From NCBI RefSeq assembly GCF_000981445.1, contig NC_027220.1, positions 62,001 through 126,000 on the forward strand: 64,000 bases of DNA, read 5' to 3'. Numbering within the stretch: position 1 is the first letter of the stretch; the number at the start of each line of letters is the position of its first letter. Position numbers and translations under genes: made by a program. Shown here in pieces: positions 1 to 10,800 of this stretch. The notes below the pieces were generated by a model, which saw only the letters and a list, made by a program, of their open reading frames with translations, ran no database searches and had not been told where the DNA came from. The DNA is from Babesia bigemina (Eukaryota).

Positions 1-3000
1 GGCTGTTGGACCCCAAGCAAAACGTTGACAAAGCTATTTTTGAAGAGGTGGCCAAAATCAGCGACAGTGGAGCGTTAACTATCATGTCAAAACGTCCTTT
101 CAATGGCCGTTTTGACGTTGTAAGGCGTATTTTGTGGTCAACGTCGACTGCGACCATCGAGGTCGACTTCTTATGCCCTGACGGCACGTATTATGATGGC
201 ACGGCATGCAAAGAGTGCCCCCTGGGTACCTATAATGCCCTTAAACTTGTCCAGGAGGATCGCACCCTCATTTCACGTTGCAAATCCTGCCCTCGTTTCG
301 AGACCACTGCCACAGTGGGTGCGTTGTCGGCGGATGAGTGCAAGTGTATACACGGTTATGCGGTTAGCGATTTGTCTTCGGGTGGTTCGCGTTGCAAGCC
401 GTGTTCTGGCACTTCATACAAATCCATATTTGGTGATGAGCAGTGCCTGCCGACGTGTGGTAAGAACATGTTTTCCAGGACTGCGGCGAACGCATCTCAG
501 GTGGATGTGTTCTGCCGTTGTTACCCCGGGTACTACCTAAACCGCAGTAGGAATTCGGCGGGCGGTTGTCTACCGTGTGAGAAAGGGTATTATTGTGTGG
601 GAGGTTACAAAGCTAAGCAGAAGAAGTGCCCGATATACACCACGACCACCATCACTGCGGCGAAGAGCCTCTCCGACTGTGTCTGCATGGCTGGTTACGA
701 GCCTGCTAACAGCAGCCGCTTGTCGATCGAAGGCACGTACGAGAACAAGCTGTATAAGCTGATATCGTCCAAATACCACACCACAGGCAATGACATCATG
801 GTGTGTGTCCCATGCGGTTACACCAAGTACAAGGAGACCCCCGGGCCTCACGCGTGTACGTCGTGTCCTGGCAGAACTCACGCCGCGTCTACCACCAACA
901 CGAATCAAGACCAGTGCAATCGCTGTCCACCGGGCTACTACGAGACCAATGACCCATCGTATCCGTGCGATGTTTGCAGCCCCAATCACATCTGCGTGGG
1001 TTCTGACCCAATGGACCCTGCGCTGATGCTGTACAGCGGTAAGCGTATTAAGTGTGACAAGAACTCTGTGACTCTCGTGCCATTTGAGGAAAACGTGCAC
1101 CTCGCCAGCTGTCTGTGCGACAAGGGCTACATGGCTCGTACGCGTACCGGTATTGTGAAGTGCGAGGCGGTTCCCAAGAACACATACAAGGATGTGGTAG
1201 GAAATGTCGGTCCAACTAACTGTCCGCCCGGGTCCTACACGTTGAAAATCGGCGCAACTGACGTCTCCGAATGTGTCTGCAAGAGGGGCATGTTCTTCGA
1301 CAAGGACAACAAGCGGTGCACGGTTTGCCCCGTCGGTATGTACTGCCTTGGTGGCCGTTTACCAAACGGCGAGCACATGTTGCCCATGATGTGCACAGAC
1401 GGCAACGCGGTCACTAAAGATGGCGGAGCCACGAGCCCCGGTGAATGTCTGTGCAAGCCTGGCTTTTACTTACGGCAAGATGGTCGCGGTGGGTGTGTTG
1501 AGTGCCCCGAAAACACGTACAAATCATTCATTTCGAATGAAAGCTGCAGTCAGTGCCCCAAGAATTCTTTGACCTACGGGCAGGTTGGAGCCACATCCAA
1601 GGATCAATGCATTTGCGCCCCTGGATATTATTTTAGCGGCACATGTAGAGCATGCGGCTTTCCTGATAAATATTGCCCCGGAGGTATCATCAGTAAGCAC
1701 GACGATGATACGGGAAAAGACATATATGAAACAAGTGCTCCCGTAGACTGCCCACCGCATACTGAAATCCCACCAGGTGTTGACACGGCAGATAGTGTGG
1801 ACTTTTGCAAGTGTGGCAAAGGGTACGCATTTGCAAAACATAGTGACAATTCACAAACAAAAACTTGCGTCCCTTGCCCACCTGGCTCATACAAGGGTTC
1901 CGTTATGGATTCGAGTTGCAACGGGTTGTGTACCCAGAACGCCACCAGCCTACCGGGCGCGTTCAGCCCGAGCCAGTGCTTCTGCCAAAAAGGGTACTAC
2001 TACCTGGCGGGTGGCATATGCGCGCCGTGCGTGGAAGGCGCCAGGTGCGACGGAGGCCTGGTAGACACGGGAGGGCAGGCATACAAGCGCAGCATCGTCA
2101 GGCACAACGACCACGTGAAGCCCGTGCCCATCGAGGGTTACTACCTCGACAAGATCAACCTGGAGCTCCGCAAACCGGACGATTGGCGGTTCATCGAGTG
2201 CCCTATCAAGGGTGCGTGCCTGGGTGAGAAGGGCTGCTCGGAGTCGATGACCGCGTACCTGTGTGCTGAATGCAGGACGGGGTACACCAACAACTTCAAG
2301 AAGGGTGCTCTATGCAGCAAGTGCCCATCCACGCTATCCAATGTTCTGCTGACCATCGCGTGGTACCTGACTCTTCTGTTGGTGAACATCGTGATGGCAT
2401 GCCTGAACGTTAGCGCGGGTTTCAACCGTAGGTCCATCCACTCCGTCGTCATCAAGATTGCTCTGAACTACGGTGTCTGTATGTCGGTCCTGAATGTCAT
2501 CAACTTCAGCGATTTGGCGTTGCCCGAGGAATTGAAGTCTACAACTATTCAATGGATTCGCATGTTGTACCGTGAAACCAAGACGTATTACACGTCCATC
2601 GACTGCTTGCTTCAACAATGGTTTGGAATGAAGCACGCTGACGCCTTCTTTTACAACATGCTTTTCATTGCATGTCTACCAGTCATTTTGTTGTTCGTCG
2701 TCACTGTGCTGATGTGTATCATTCTGGAACTTTTCAAGTTGACACGCGGTTCTACTATGCGTTCCAAGTTGGCGCTACTCTACCAATCCAAAGTACAGGG
2801 AATGAACTATTTGTATGATCGTTTGGTTGAAGAGTATGCCAATGAGCGTCTGTTTCTGATTTTCCGTTATATCCCGCTTCCTGGTGAGACACGGTGGGTA
2901 CGTTTCAAGCATTTCCTGGAGGACATGATTCCGATTTACGTCACTGTGCTTTTCTCACTGCACGGTAACACAACCAGTCATATGCTTAGTCTTCTAGACT

Positions 3001-4715
3001 GTACCTACATCAACTTGGGGCAGTCTATTCCTAGCAAGTACGTTCTGCGACCGGCGATGAGCATTAAGTGCTCCTTGGATCCGGACGAGGGCTACATTCC
3101 GTATTTGCTTTTGGGTTTGGGTGGTTTGATATTTTGGGGGTTCGGTATTCCCTTGTTTTCGTACATTGTGTTGTTGATGAACCGTAGGAACCTTTACGCA
3201 CCTGATGTCCGTATGAAATATGGTTTCTTGCACAATGGTTATCAGCAAGGATATTGGTTCTGGGAAGCTATTGTGTTCACACGTAAAAGCCTCGTTTTGG
3301 TTATTGGCAGCATTGTGATCGTGCCGTCGCAGAACGCCAGTGGATCGCGTATATGGATGGCTCTCGCCGTTGCCGTGTTTTTCCTTATTATCCAGCTCAT
3401 CTACAAACCTTTTGACGAGCGGGACTACTTCGTTCTCGGAAGGCTGGAGAGTCACAGCATGATTTCGTGGACAGCGAGTTTGCTTGCGGTTTATCTGATG
3501 TGTTACATAAGATTGCAGCCCACAGTGGTTACCATAGTTTGCGCGTTCCTGTTCGTGAACTCGTGTTACTTTTTCTGTGTTGTGATTACGAGTTCGGTGC
3601 GTGCGTTACTTACAACTCTGCGACACAAGCGTGATAGGACTCTCTTCAGGAAGCTGCGTTGGATCGTTAGTGTATTGCTATACTTTGAGGCTCGTAGATC
3701 TTTGCGTGAGCCTCAAATCCATTACAACCAACGCATTGGTCAGCTGCAACTGAAGTCATGCACCAAGAGGGGTAAATGGTGTGGCCTCAGGGGTCCGAAG
3801 CTGACGGCCTTGGAGCGTTACTACTTCGTGAACATTGTGACGGAGATATACCGCATCGTTATTTGTCACTTGAAGTTAGACGTAATGCCCAAGTTGTTGA
3901 TCGAATTCCTCATTCGTTTATCTCTTTCGTTCACACGTTTGGAGGAGAAAATGTCTAAGAAGGAGCTTTTCCAGGATCTCAAAGATGGCGACTTATCAAC
4001 GCTGGTGGCTTGGGCGGCTGAAAAGGAGTCACGTAAACCAAACAGGATCTTGAGGTGGGACACCGATGAGGGCGGTGTGAACATTCCCGAAATGTTGTTG
4101 AATGACAAGAACCTCACTGAGCAGGTTGGACTGCGTCGCGAAGAGTTGCAGGAGATTATGGACTGTCTATTCGATGACAACGTGCTTGAGGGAAGCACCA
4201 AGCTACCTGACTTCTACCACTCCATTACCCGTATTTGGATTATGGATATTAATATGCTGACGTTCTTGTTCAGCGTATACAAGCATGTGAAGTACCAGCG
4301 CGACAAAGAGCGTCTTGCTGTGATGGATAAATCGAACGCCAAACTCCGTGCGATGAGGAATAATTTGCAAGCCCTCGCTGAAGGAGAGAAAGAACTCGAG
4401 GAGTTCGCGAACGCCGAACACGTTGCGCAAATGGAAGAAGAGTTGAAACGGAAGGAATCCAAGAAAGAGCGACTGCTTGAGGAGCTCAAGGAAATGCAAA
4501 CAAGCCCTGACAGCTATACCCCTGCAGAAATGGGTGGTGACGAGGGCAATTTGGATGAGGTGATGAGAGATATGGGTTTCACCGTGAAGGGTGCTTTAGA
4601 AAAATACGTCATTGGTGCAGTATCTTCCAGCGAGTCAGATACTGATGATGAAAGTGATTCTGATTCAGAAGGTGAAACTACATCTGATTCGGACTCTTCA
4701 ACCGACGAAGAGTAA
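1..4715 (+). CDS. Cysteine repeat modular protein (CRMP; GCC2/GCC3, ephrin-receptor-like Cys repeats + multi-pass TM domain + coiled-coil/acidic tail); 5' end lies outside the window
   Basis: Open frame of 1569 aa (6..4715) with many CxxCPxGxY...C-C-GYY repeats, a multi-TM block containing YGFLHNGY..WFWEAIVFTRK, then a coiled coil and a Ser/Asp-rich tail. No ATG or signal peptide at the window edge. Confidence 0.9.
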   Translation, partial: LLDPKQNVDKAIFEEVAKISDSGALTIMSKRPFNGRFDVVRRILWSTSTATIEVDFLCPDGTYYDGTACKECPLGTYNALKLVQEDRTLISRCKSCPRFETTATVGALSADECKCIHGYAVSDLSSGGSRCKPCSGTSYKSIFGDEQCLPTCGKNMFSRTAANASQVDVFCRCYPGYYLNRSRNSAGGCLPCEKGYYCVGGYKAKQKKCPIYTTTTITAAKSLSDCVCMAGYEPANSSRLSIEGTYENKLYKLISSKYHTTGNDIMVCVPCGYTKYKETPGPHACTSCPGRTHAASTTNTNQDQCNRCPPGYYETNDPSYPCDVCSPNHICVGSDPMDPALMLYSGKRIKCDKNSVTLVPFEENVHLASCLCDKGYMARTRTGIVKCEAVPKNTYKDVVGNVGPTNCPPGSYTLKIGATDVSECVCKRGMFFDKDNKRCTVCPVGMYCLGGRLPNGEHMLPMMCTDGNAVTKDGGATSPGECLCKPGFYLRQDGRGGCVECPENTYKSFISNESCSQCPKNSLTYGQVGATSKDQCICAPGYYFSGTCRACGFPDKYCPGGIISKHDDDTGKDIYETSAPVDCPPHTEIPPGVDTADSVDFCKCGKGYAFAKHSDNSQTKTCVPCPPGSYKGSVMDSSCNGLCTQNATSLPGAFSPSQCFCQKGYYYLAGGICAPCVEGARCDGGLVDTGGQAYKRSIVRHNDHVKPVPIEGYYLDKINLELRKPDDWRFIECPIKGACLGEKGCSESMTAYLCAECRTGYTNNFKKGALCSKCPSTLSNVLLTIAWYLTLLLVNIVMACLNVSAGFNRRSIHSVVIKIALNYGVCMSVLNVINFSDLALPEELKSTTIQWIRMLYRETKTYYTSIDCLLQQWFGMKHADAFFYNMLFIACLPVILLFVVTVLMCIILELFKLTRGSTMRSKLALLYQSKVQGMNYLYDRLVEEYANERLFLIFRYIPLPGETRWVRFKHFLEDMIPIYVTVLFSLHGNTTSHMLSLLDCTYINLGQSIPSKYVLRPAMSIKCSLDPDEGYIPYLLLGLGGLIFWGFGIPLFSYIVLLMNRRNLYAPDVRMKYGFLHNGYQQGYWFWEAIVFTRKSLVLVIGSIVIVPSQNASGSRIWMALAVAVFFLIIQLIYKPFDERDYFVLGRLESHSMISWTASLLAVYLMCYIRLQPTVVTIVCAFLFVNSCYFFCVVITSSVRALLTTLRHKRDRTLFRKLRWIVSVLLYFEARRSLREPQIHYNQRIGQLQLKSCTKRGKWCGLRGPKLTALERYYFVNIVTEIYRIVICHLKLDVMPKLLIEFLIRLSLSFTRLEEKMSKKELFQDLKDGDLSTLVAWAAEKESRKPNRILRWDTDEGGVNIPEMLLNDKNLTEQVGLRREELQEIMDCLFDDNVLEGSTKLPDFYHSITRIWIMDINMLTFLFSVYKHVKYQRDKERLAVMDKSNAKLRAMRNNLQALAEGEKELEEFANAEHVAQMEEELKRKESKKERLLEELKEMQTSPDSYTPAEMGGDEGNLDEVMRDMGFTVKGALEKYVIGAVSSSESDTDDESDSDSEGETTSDSDSSTDEE
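1612..2539. repeat. Inverted repeat arm A (~930 bp), nearly identical to the reverse complement of 6811-7738
   Basis: Direct comparison shows mirror coordinates summing to 9350 with no indels. I found only two differences (gagctccgc/gagcttcgc and cccgag/cccgcg). The ORF track shows the same shadow ORFs on both arms. Confidence 0.95.
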
Positions 4716-4805
4716 CTTATAGCAACCTATGTAGTGTAATAGTATTATTATTTTTATAGATGTGTTGGTACACTCCCTGCACAGTGAGTGCACGTGGTTA
4801 CATTT

Positions 4806-7800
4806 CTAACGTTGACGAATGTCGCTTTCATTTTCATTTCTCTCTGAGAACCCCAATCGCTGTAGTCGCTCTTCAAATGTTTCCTCACCGTACATCGCCA
4901 GTGCCTCTAGCGGGTTTTCCTTTAGCATTTGTATCCTGCGCTCCAGGTCTGCAATCTTGCGTTTCTCGGCCTCGATATCTTCTTGCGAACAAAATATTTC
5001 ATCCATCGTTTGGTAATCTGGATGGTGAATGCGTCGCAGTATTTCTTCCAACCTCTGCACTTTCCGTTGTTGTTCCATGAGTATTGAGGTGTCTGCTTTC
5101 TTACGGAGCACTTTGAATGCCTCGTATGTGTTAACGATCGTGTATTTGTCTTTCATTTTGATTATGGAGAGTGCCATGTAGAAGTCCGACAGCGGTATGC
5201 CGCTGCCGATGACCTCCTGGTCGAAGAGCAGAACAGGAGGAACCACGTGTTCCCATGTATCCGTTGTCATGGATGATTGATACCTGAGCAGTTCATTGTC
5301 TTGTACTCGAGTTTCTCGTGTTTTGAGCATGGTAAGGTTGACCAGTTCGTCCAAGTTACCGTCGGCCAGTGACCTGACAATGTCGTCGGCCTTCTTCTGA
5401 TTGAGTTCGTGGAAGTTGACGGCAAATGCGAGCCTTGAAATGAACTCTGGGAAGTCCAGCGGTATGACGTCCAACTTCATGTGAATGTTAGCGAAGTTTA
5501 TAACCTGGCTCACAATGTGCGTGAAGTAGACCTTTTCGGAGTACGTGATTCTTCGCTGTGATTCGTCGAAAAATCGCCATTGTATCACTTTCGGTGAGAC
5601 CATATCTATCGTGCGCTTCCCCTCGTTGAATATAATAAGTGGCTCTCGCAGCTTCCGCTTTTCGGAAATAGATGCCAAGAAACGATTAATGTATCCAACT
5701 GAGGCATTGCATTTTGCATTACGGGATCGCACGTTGTCACAATACGCCAAACCAAGCTCCAGAGCAACTTCAGCGATAAAGCAGAAATTGATTATGCAAA
5801 TGATAGTCAGGAGATACATATTATTGATAGCCGAGAACTCTCCTTCGATAGCAAAGAGGCAGAAGATGAGTGTCATGGTCCAGGAAATCATGCTGTGACT
5901 CTCAAGCCTTCCGAGAACAACATAGTCCCGCTCGTCAAACGGTGTATAGATGAGCTGGATAATAAGGAAAAACACGGCAACGGCGAGAGCCATCCATATA
6001 CGCGATCCGCTGGTGTTCTGTGACGGCACGATCACAATGCTGCCAATGACCAAAACAAAACTCTTGCGGGTGAACACAATAGCTTCCCAGAACCAATAAA
6101 CCTGCTGATATCCATTGTGCAAGAAACCATATTTCATACGGACATCAGGTGCGTAAAGGTTCCTACGGTTCATCAACAACACAATGTACGAAAACAAGGG
6201 AATACCGAACCCCCAAAATATCAAACCACCCAAACCCAAAAGCAAATACGGAATGTAGCCCTCTTTCACATTTAGGGAACATTTAATGCTCATGGCAGGT
6301 CGCAGAACATATTTGTTAGGGATAGACTGCCCAACGTTGATGCACGTGCAATCCAGTAGACTAAGCATTTGACTGGTTGTGTTACCGTGCAGTGAGAAAA
6401 GCACAGTGACGTAAATCGGAATCATGTCCTCCAGGAAATGCTTGAAACGTACCCACCGTGTCTCACCAGGAAGCGGGATATAACGGAAAATCAGAAACAG
6501 ACGCTCATTGGCATACTCCTCAGTCAGCTTCTCCGACAGATAGTTCATTCCTTGTACCTGAGACTGATATAGCAGCGCCAACTTGGAACGCATGGTTGAG
6601 TGCCGCTTAATCTTGAAAAGCTCCAAAATAACCCACATCAAAACAGTGACGACTACCAATAAAATTACTGGTAGACATGCAATGAAAAGCATGCTGTAAA
6701 AGAAAGAGTTGGAGTGTTTCATTCCAAACCAATTTTGCAACAAACAGTCCGTAGACGTATAATAGGTCCGAGTTTCACGGTACAACAAGCGAATCCAATG
6801 AAGGGTTGTTGACTTCAATTCCGCGGGCAACGCCAAATCGCTGAAGTTGATGACATTCAGGACCGACATACAGACACCGTAGTTCAGAGCAATCTTGATG
6901 ACGACGGAGTGGATGGACCTACGGTTGAAACCCGCGCTAACGTTCAGGCATGCCATCACGATGTTCACCAACAGAAGAGTCAGGTACCACGCGATGGTCA
7001 GCAGAACATTGGATAGCGTGGATGGGCACTTGCTGCATAGAGCACCCTTCTTGAAGTTGTTGGTGTACCCCGTCCTGCATTCAGCACACAGGTACGCGGT
7101 CATCGACTCCGAGCAGCCCTTCTCACCCAGGCACGCACCCTTGATAGGGCACTCGATGAACCGCCAATCGTCCGGTTTGCGAAGCTCCAGGTTGATCTTG
7201 TCGAGGTAGTAACCCTCGATGGGCACGGGCTTCACGTGGTCGTTGTGCCTGACGATGCTGCGCTTGTATGCCTGCCCTCCCGTGTCTACCAGGCCTCCGT
7301 CGCACCTGGCGCCTTCCACGCACGGCGCGCATATGCCACCCGCCAGGTAGTAGTACCCTTTTTGGCAGAAGCACTGGCTCGGGCTGAACGCGCCCGGTAG
7401 GCTGGTGGCGTTCTGGGTACACAACCCGTTGCAACTCGAATCCATAACGGAACCCTTGTATGAGCCAGGTGGGCAAGGGACGCAAGTTTTTGTTTGTGAA
7501 TTGTCACTATGTTTTGCAAATGCGTACCCTTTGCCACACTTGCAAAAGTCCACACTATCTGCCGTGTCAACACCTGGTGGGATTTCAGTATGCGGTGGGC
7601 AGTCTACGGGAGCACTTGTTTCATATATGTCTTTTCCCGTATCATCGTCGTGCTTACTGATGATACCTCCGGGGCAATATTTATCAGGAAAGCCGCATGC
7701 TCTACATGTGCCGCTAAAATAATATCCAGGGGCGCAAACACATTGTTCTTTAGATGTGGCCCCAATCTGACCGCTGGTTGATGAGTGCTCATCACACTCC

Positions 7801-10800
7801 GTACAGCTCTCGTTGGAGATGAAACTTTTATAAGTGTTCTTTGGGCACTCAATGCATATTTTGGAATTATTGTTTCTCAGGTAGTAACCCGCATTACACA
7901 TACATTCGTTGACGTTCGTTGCCCCAGGTTGTTTTGTGGTAGTATTTATATCAGGGCATTTGATTGCTGTAGAGTGGCTGTTGTTCTTAGACTTTCCACC
8001 AGGGCAATACATACCCACCGGACATATTGTGCACTTCCCAGTCTCCTTATCGTAAAACTTTCCTTTTTTGCATACGCACTCGGATATATCCGTCGCCCCT
8101 GTATTCAAGGTGTGGGAACCCGGCGGGCAGTCAGTCGGTTCAACGTTGCCTATGACATCCTTGTAGGTGTTCTTAGGAACGGCTTCACAGCTGGTACCAA
8201 GCTGCTTGGAAATCTGGTACCCCTTCTCACAGAGGCAATGTTTCATGGATGTGTTTTTTTCGTAGGGCGGAATCGTGATAGAGTTCTTGTGGCACTTAAT
8301 CTTTTTGCCCCTGTGTTTAGACATGTCCGGATCTAATGGGTCTGATCCTACACAAATGTGGTTGACATCACATGCATTGCACGGAAATGAGGGTTCATTG
8401 GTCTCATAGTATCCCGGAGCACAGCGGTTACACGTATCTACGTTGCTGTTTCCGAGGATGTCACTGAAGGTATTAGCCGGACATGGCTCGCATGGCGTAT
8501 TACCCTTTTTTGTTTTGACCTTGTTTGGTTGGCATGGTATGCAAACCAGAGACGCAATGTCAAAATGTTTGACGCCTTCTCTATGGAGTTCCTGTGTGAT
8601 CTGCAACCTTAACTTGTATGCCTCAGTGCTTTCGTCGTTTATTGCGTTTGGATCAGCGAGTTCGTAACCGGCCTTGCATACACAATCGTCGATGCTAACA
8701 GCAAGCGCATGCTTCCCTCCTAACACTTGAGGGGTGTTTGGTACGTTGGTTGTCATGTTTACAGGGCAGGGAGTTTGTTTACCGTGGAAGCCCCCCTCGC
8801 AGTAGAAGCCCTCTTCGCATGGTACACATTCTTTTGGTGAGCTATGAAGCTGACGGTAGTAGTAGCCTTTGAGGCATTCGCACCTCCTGCCTTCTTCAGT
8901 GGTACTTCCTATGACGGTCGAATAGGAGTTTGCGTAACACCCGCCCTCCAAACACGCTTGCATTCCCACCACGCCTTTCCACGTACCTGGCTCGCATGGT
9001 TGGCATCTAGGATTCTTTGTTTCGTCGAGGTAATACCCAGCGGCGCACATGCACTGGCCCGATGAGACCGCCCCCGCAGATGTGGTAGACTCGTTCTCAG
9101 GGCACTTTGCACAAGCTTCCCAAGTCTTATTGTTTTCCTCCAGCATCATGATCGAATTATAGGTACCTTCAGGGCATAGCTTGCACGCACGACGCTTGGG
9201 GTCAACGTCGTTCTGGAAATAGTGACCATCCGGGCAGGCAAGAGATAATACCTTCAGAATGCATTTGGAATCTATAAGTCCAATTGCCGTAATACGAATC
9301 ATGATACGGATATAGTTTATGCTCTTCAGCTTAATGCAAAGCTTTCCATGCTTATCGATGGATATTTGGTTTTCCTGACCCCAGGAGCTGATATCTAGCG
9401 GCCCCATAGCCGGGCCATGTGTTGAATCCGGTTGGCGCTTGGTTGGCCCTTTATCGACACATTCCGGATATTCAGTAGCTATTTTCGATTCGTCGGATAT
9501 AATTTCGAAGTCAAACACCGTCAGAGAATTTAAATGCGAGTAGGGGCCCTGGATTTGGGGATCAACATTGAGGTCACGTCCCACCAATACCCAGCTAGGT
9601 ATTGGGTAATCGAAATCGCTAACTTTGATAGTATCTTTGACGTTCATCATTGTGAAGAATGTGCTTGGAGTTTCATGATAACTGGTGGTCGCAGGCATCC
9701 GCACTAGCATCAGGTAGTCATTATTAACCCCGTCTTTCTCCTTTTTAGACGACATTTGTACGCCTTTAATGCCGAGAAGGGTACCATACGGTATGCCCTT
9801 GAGAACATTTTTTCCGTAATAAAGCAATCTAGGATTACTATTCCTACGATCAACAATGAAAGTGTGTATCTCGTGCGCCTCGTGTTCAATGACGTATACC
9901 AAATCTGCGATCGCATATGACACTATTTCGACATACGATGGGTATTTTAATAGAGGGAACGCAGTTGCGGCTTTCTTTTTCTTTATTGATGCTCCGGCCT
10001 CCACATTGGCTTTCGTTAAGGTAGAAACGGTAGTTTGATATTCATTATCCAGGCCAACCTTCAACCACAGAACAGAGCCATCATACTTCTGCGTGATAAA
10101 ACAACTGCGGTACTGCTCATCTTTATTTTGAACGACCTCAAATAAGTAGGTTTTACCTGTGGGTAAAGGAGCGCAAGCTATTTTGGTGGGTTGCTTTACC
10201 ATATGTTTATAATCGCTGTGGCTGCTGCATATTTGCTGAATATCCAAGAGATCGGAATTCAACACAACTATGCAACCACTTCCCACATCCGTTACTACAA
10301 TTACGTATTTCTTTTCAGCAGCTTGCTGGAAGTGAATAACCTTCAAGTCTGTGGGTGATACAAAGTAGACGCATTTGGTATCATTACAGCTAGATTTTTC
10401 CTTTTTCAGCGTGAAACGAAGTCCGTTGGCCTCTTCAACTTTCACGTCGTATTGGGATACTGCTTTCTCGCCCTCAGATATGACTATGGCTTTTATGGCA
10501 TCGTATTTGACGATAAGTTCCAATGCAACTGGGTGGTCTACCTCAAACTTGCCGACGTAGGTGGGAGATAAGTTGTCAGCGGTCATACGAAAAACAAGCA
10601 CCATGCTGGCGTTTCTCATGCACCAAAAGCTCAGGACTATTGGGTACATATCCGCTGATGATGTCTTTGGTGTATCACAGTCACACTGCCTGGAAAACAA
10701 GAACGACTTTAGTTGCTGCTCCTCTTGGGATCCTTTCTTATGAATATCGATGCTAGGTCTTGGCCCCTTCTTTTCGTTCTTTAACTTTGCATGATATGAC

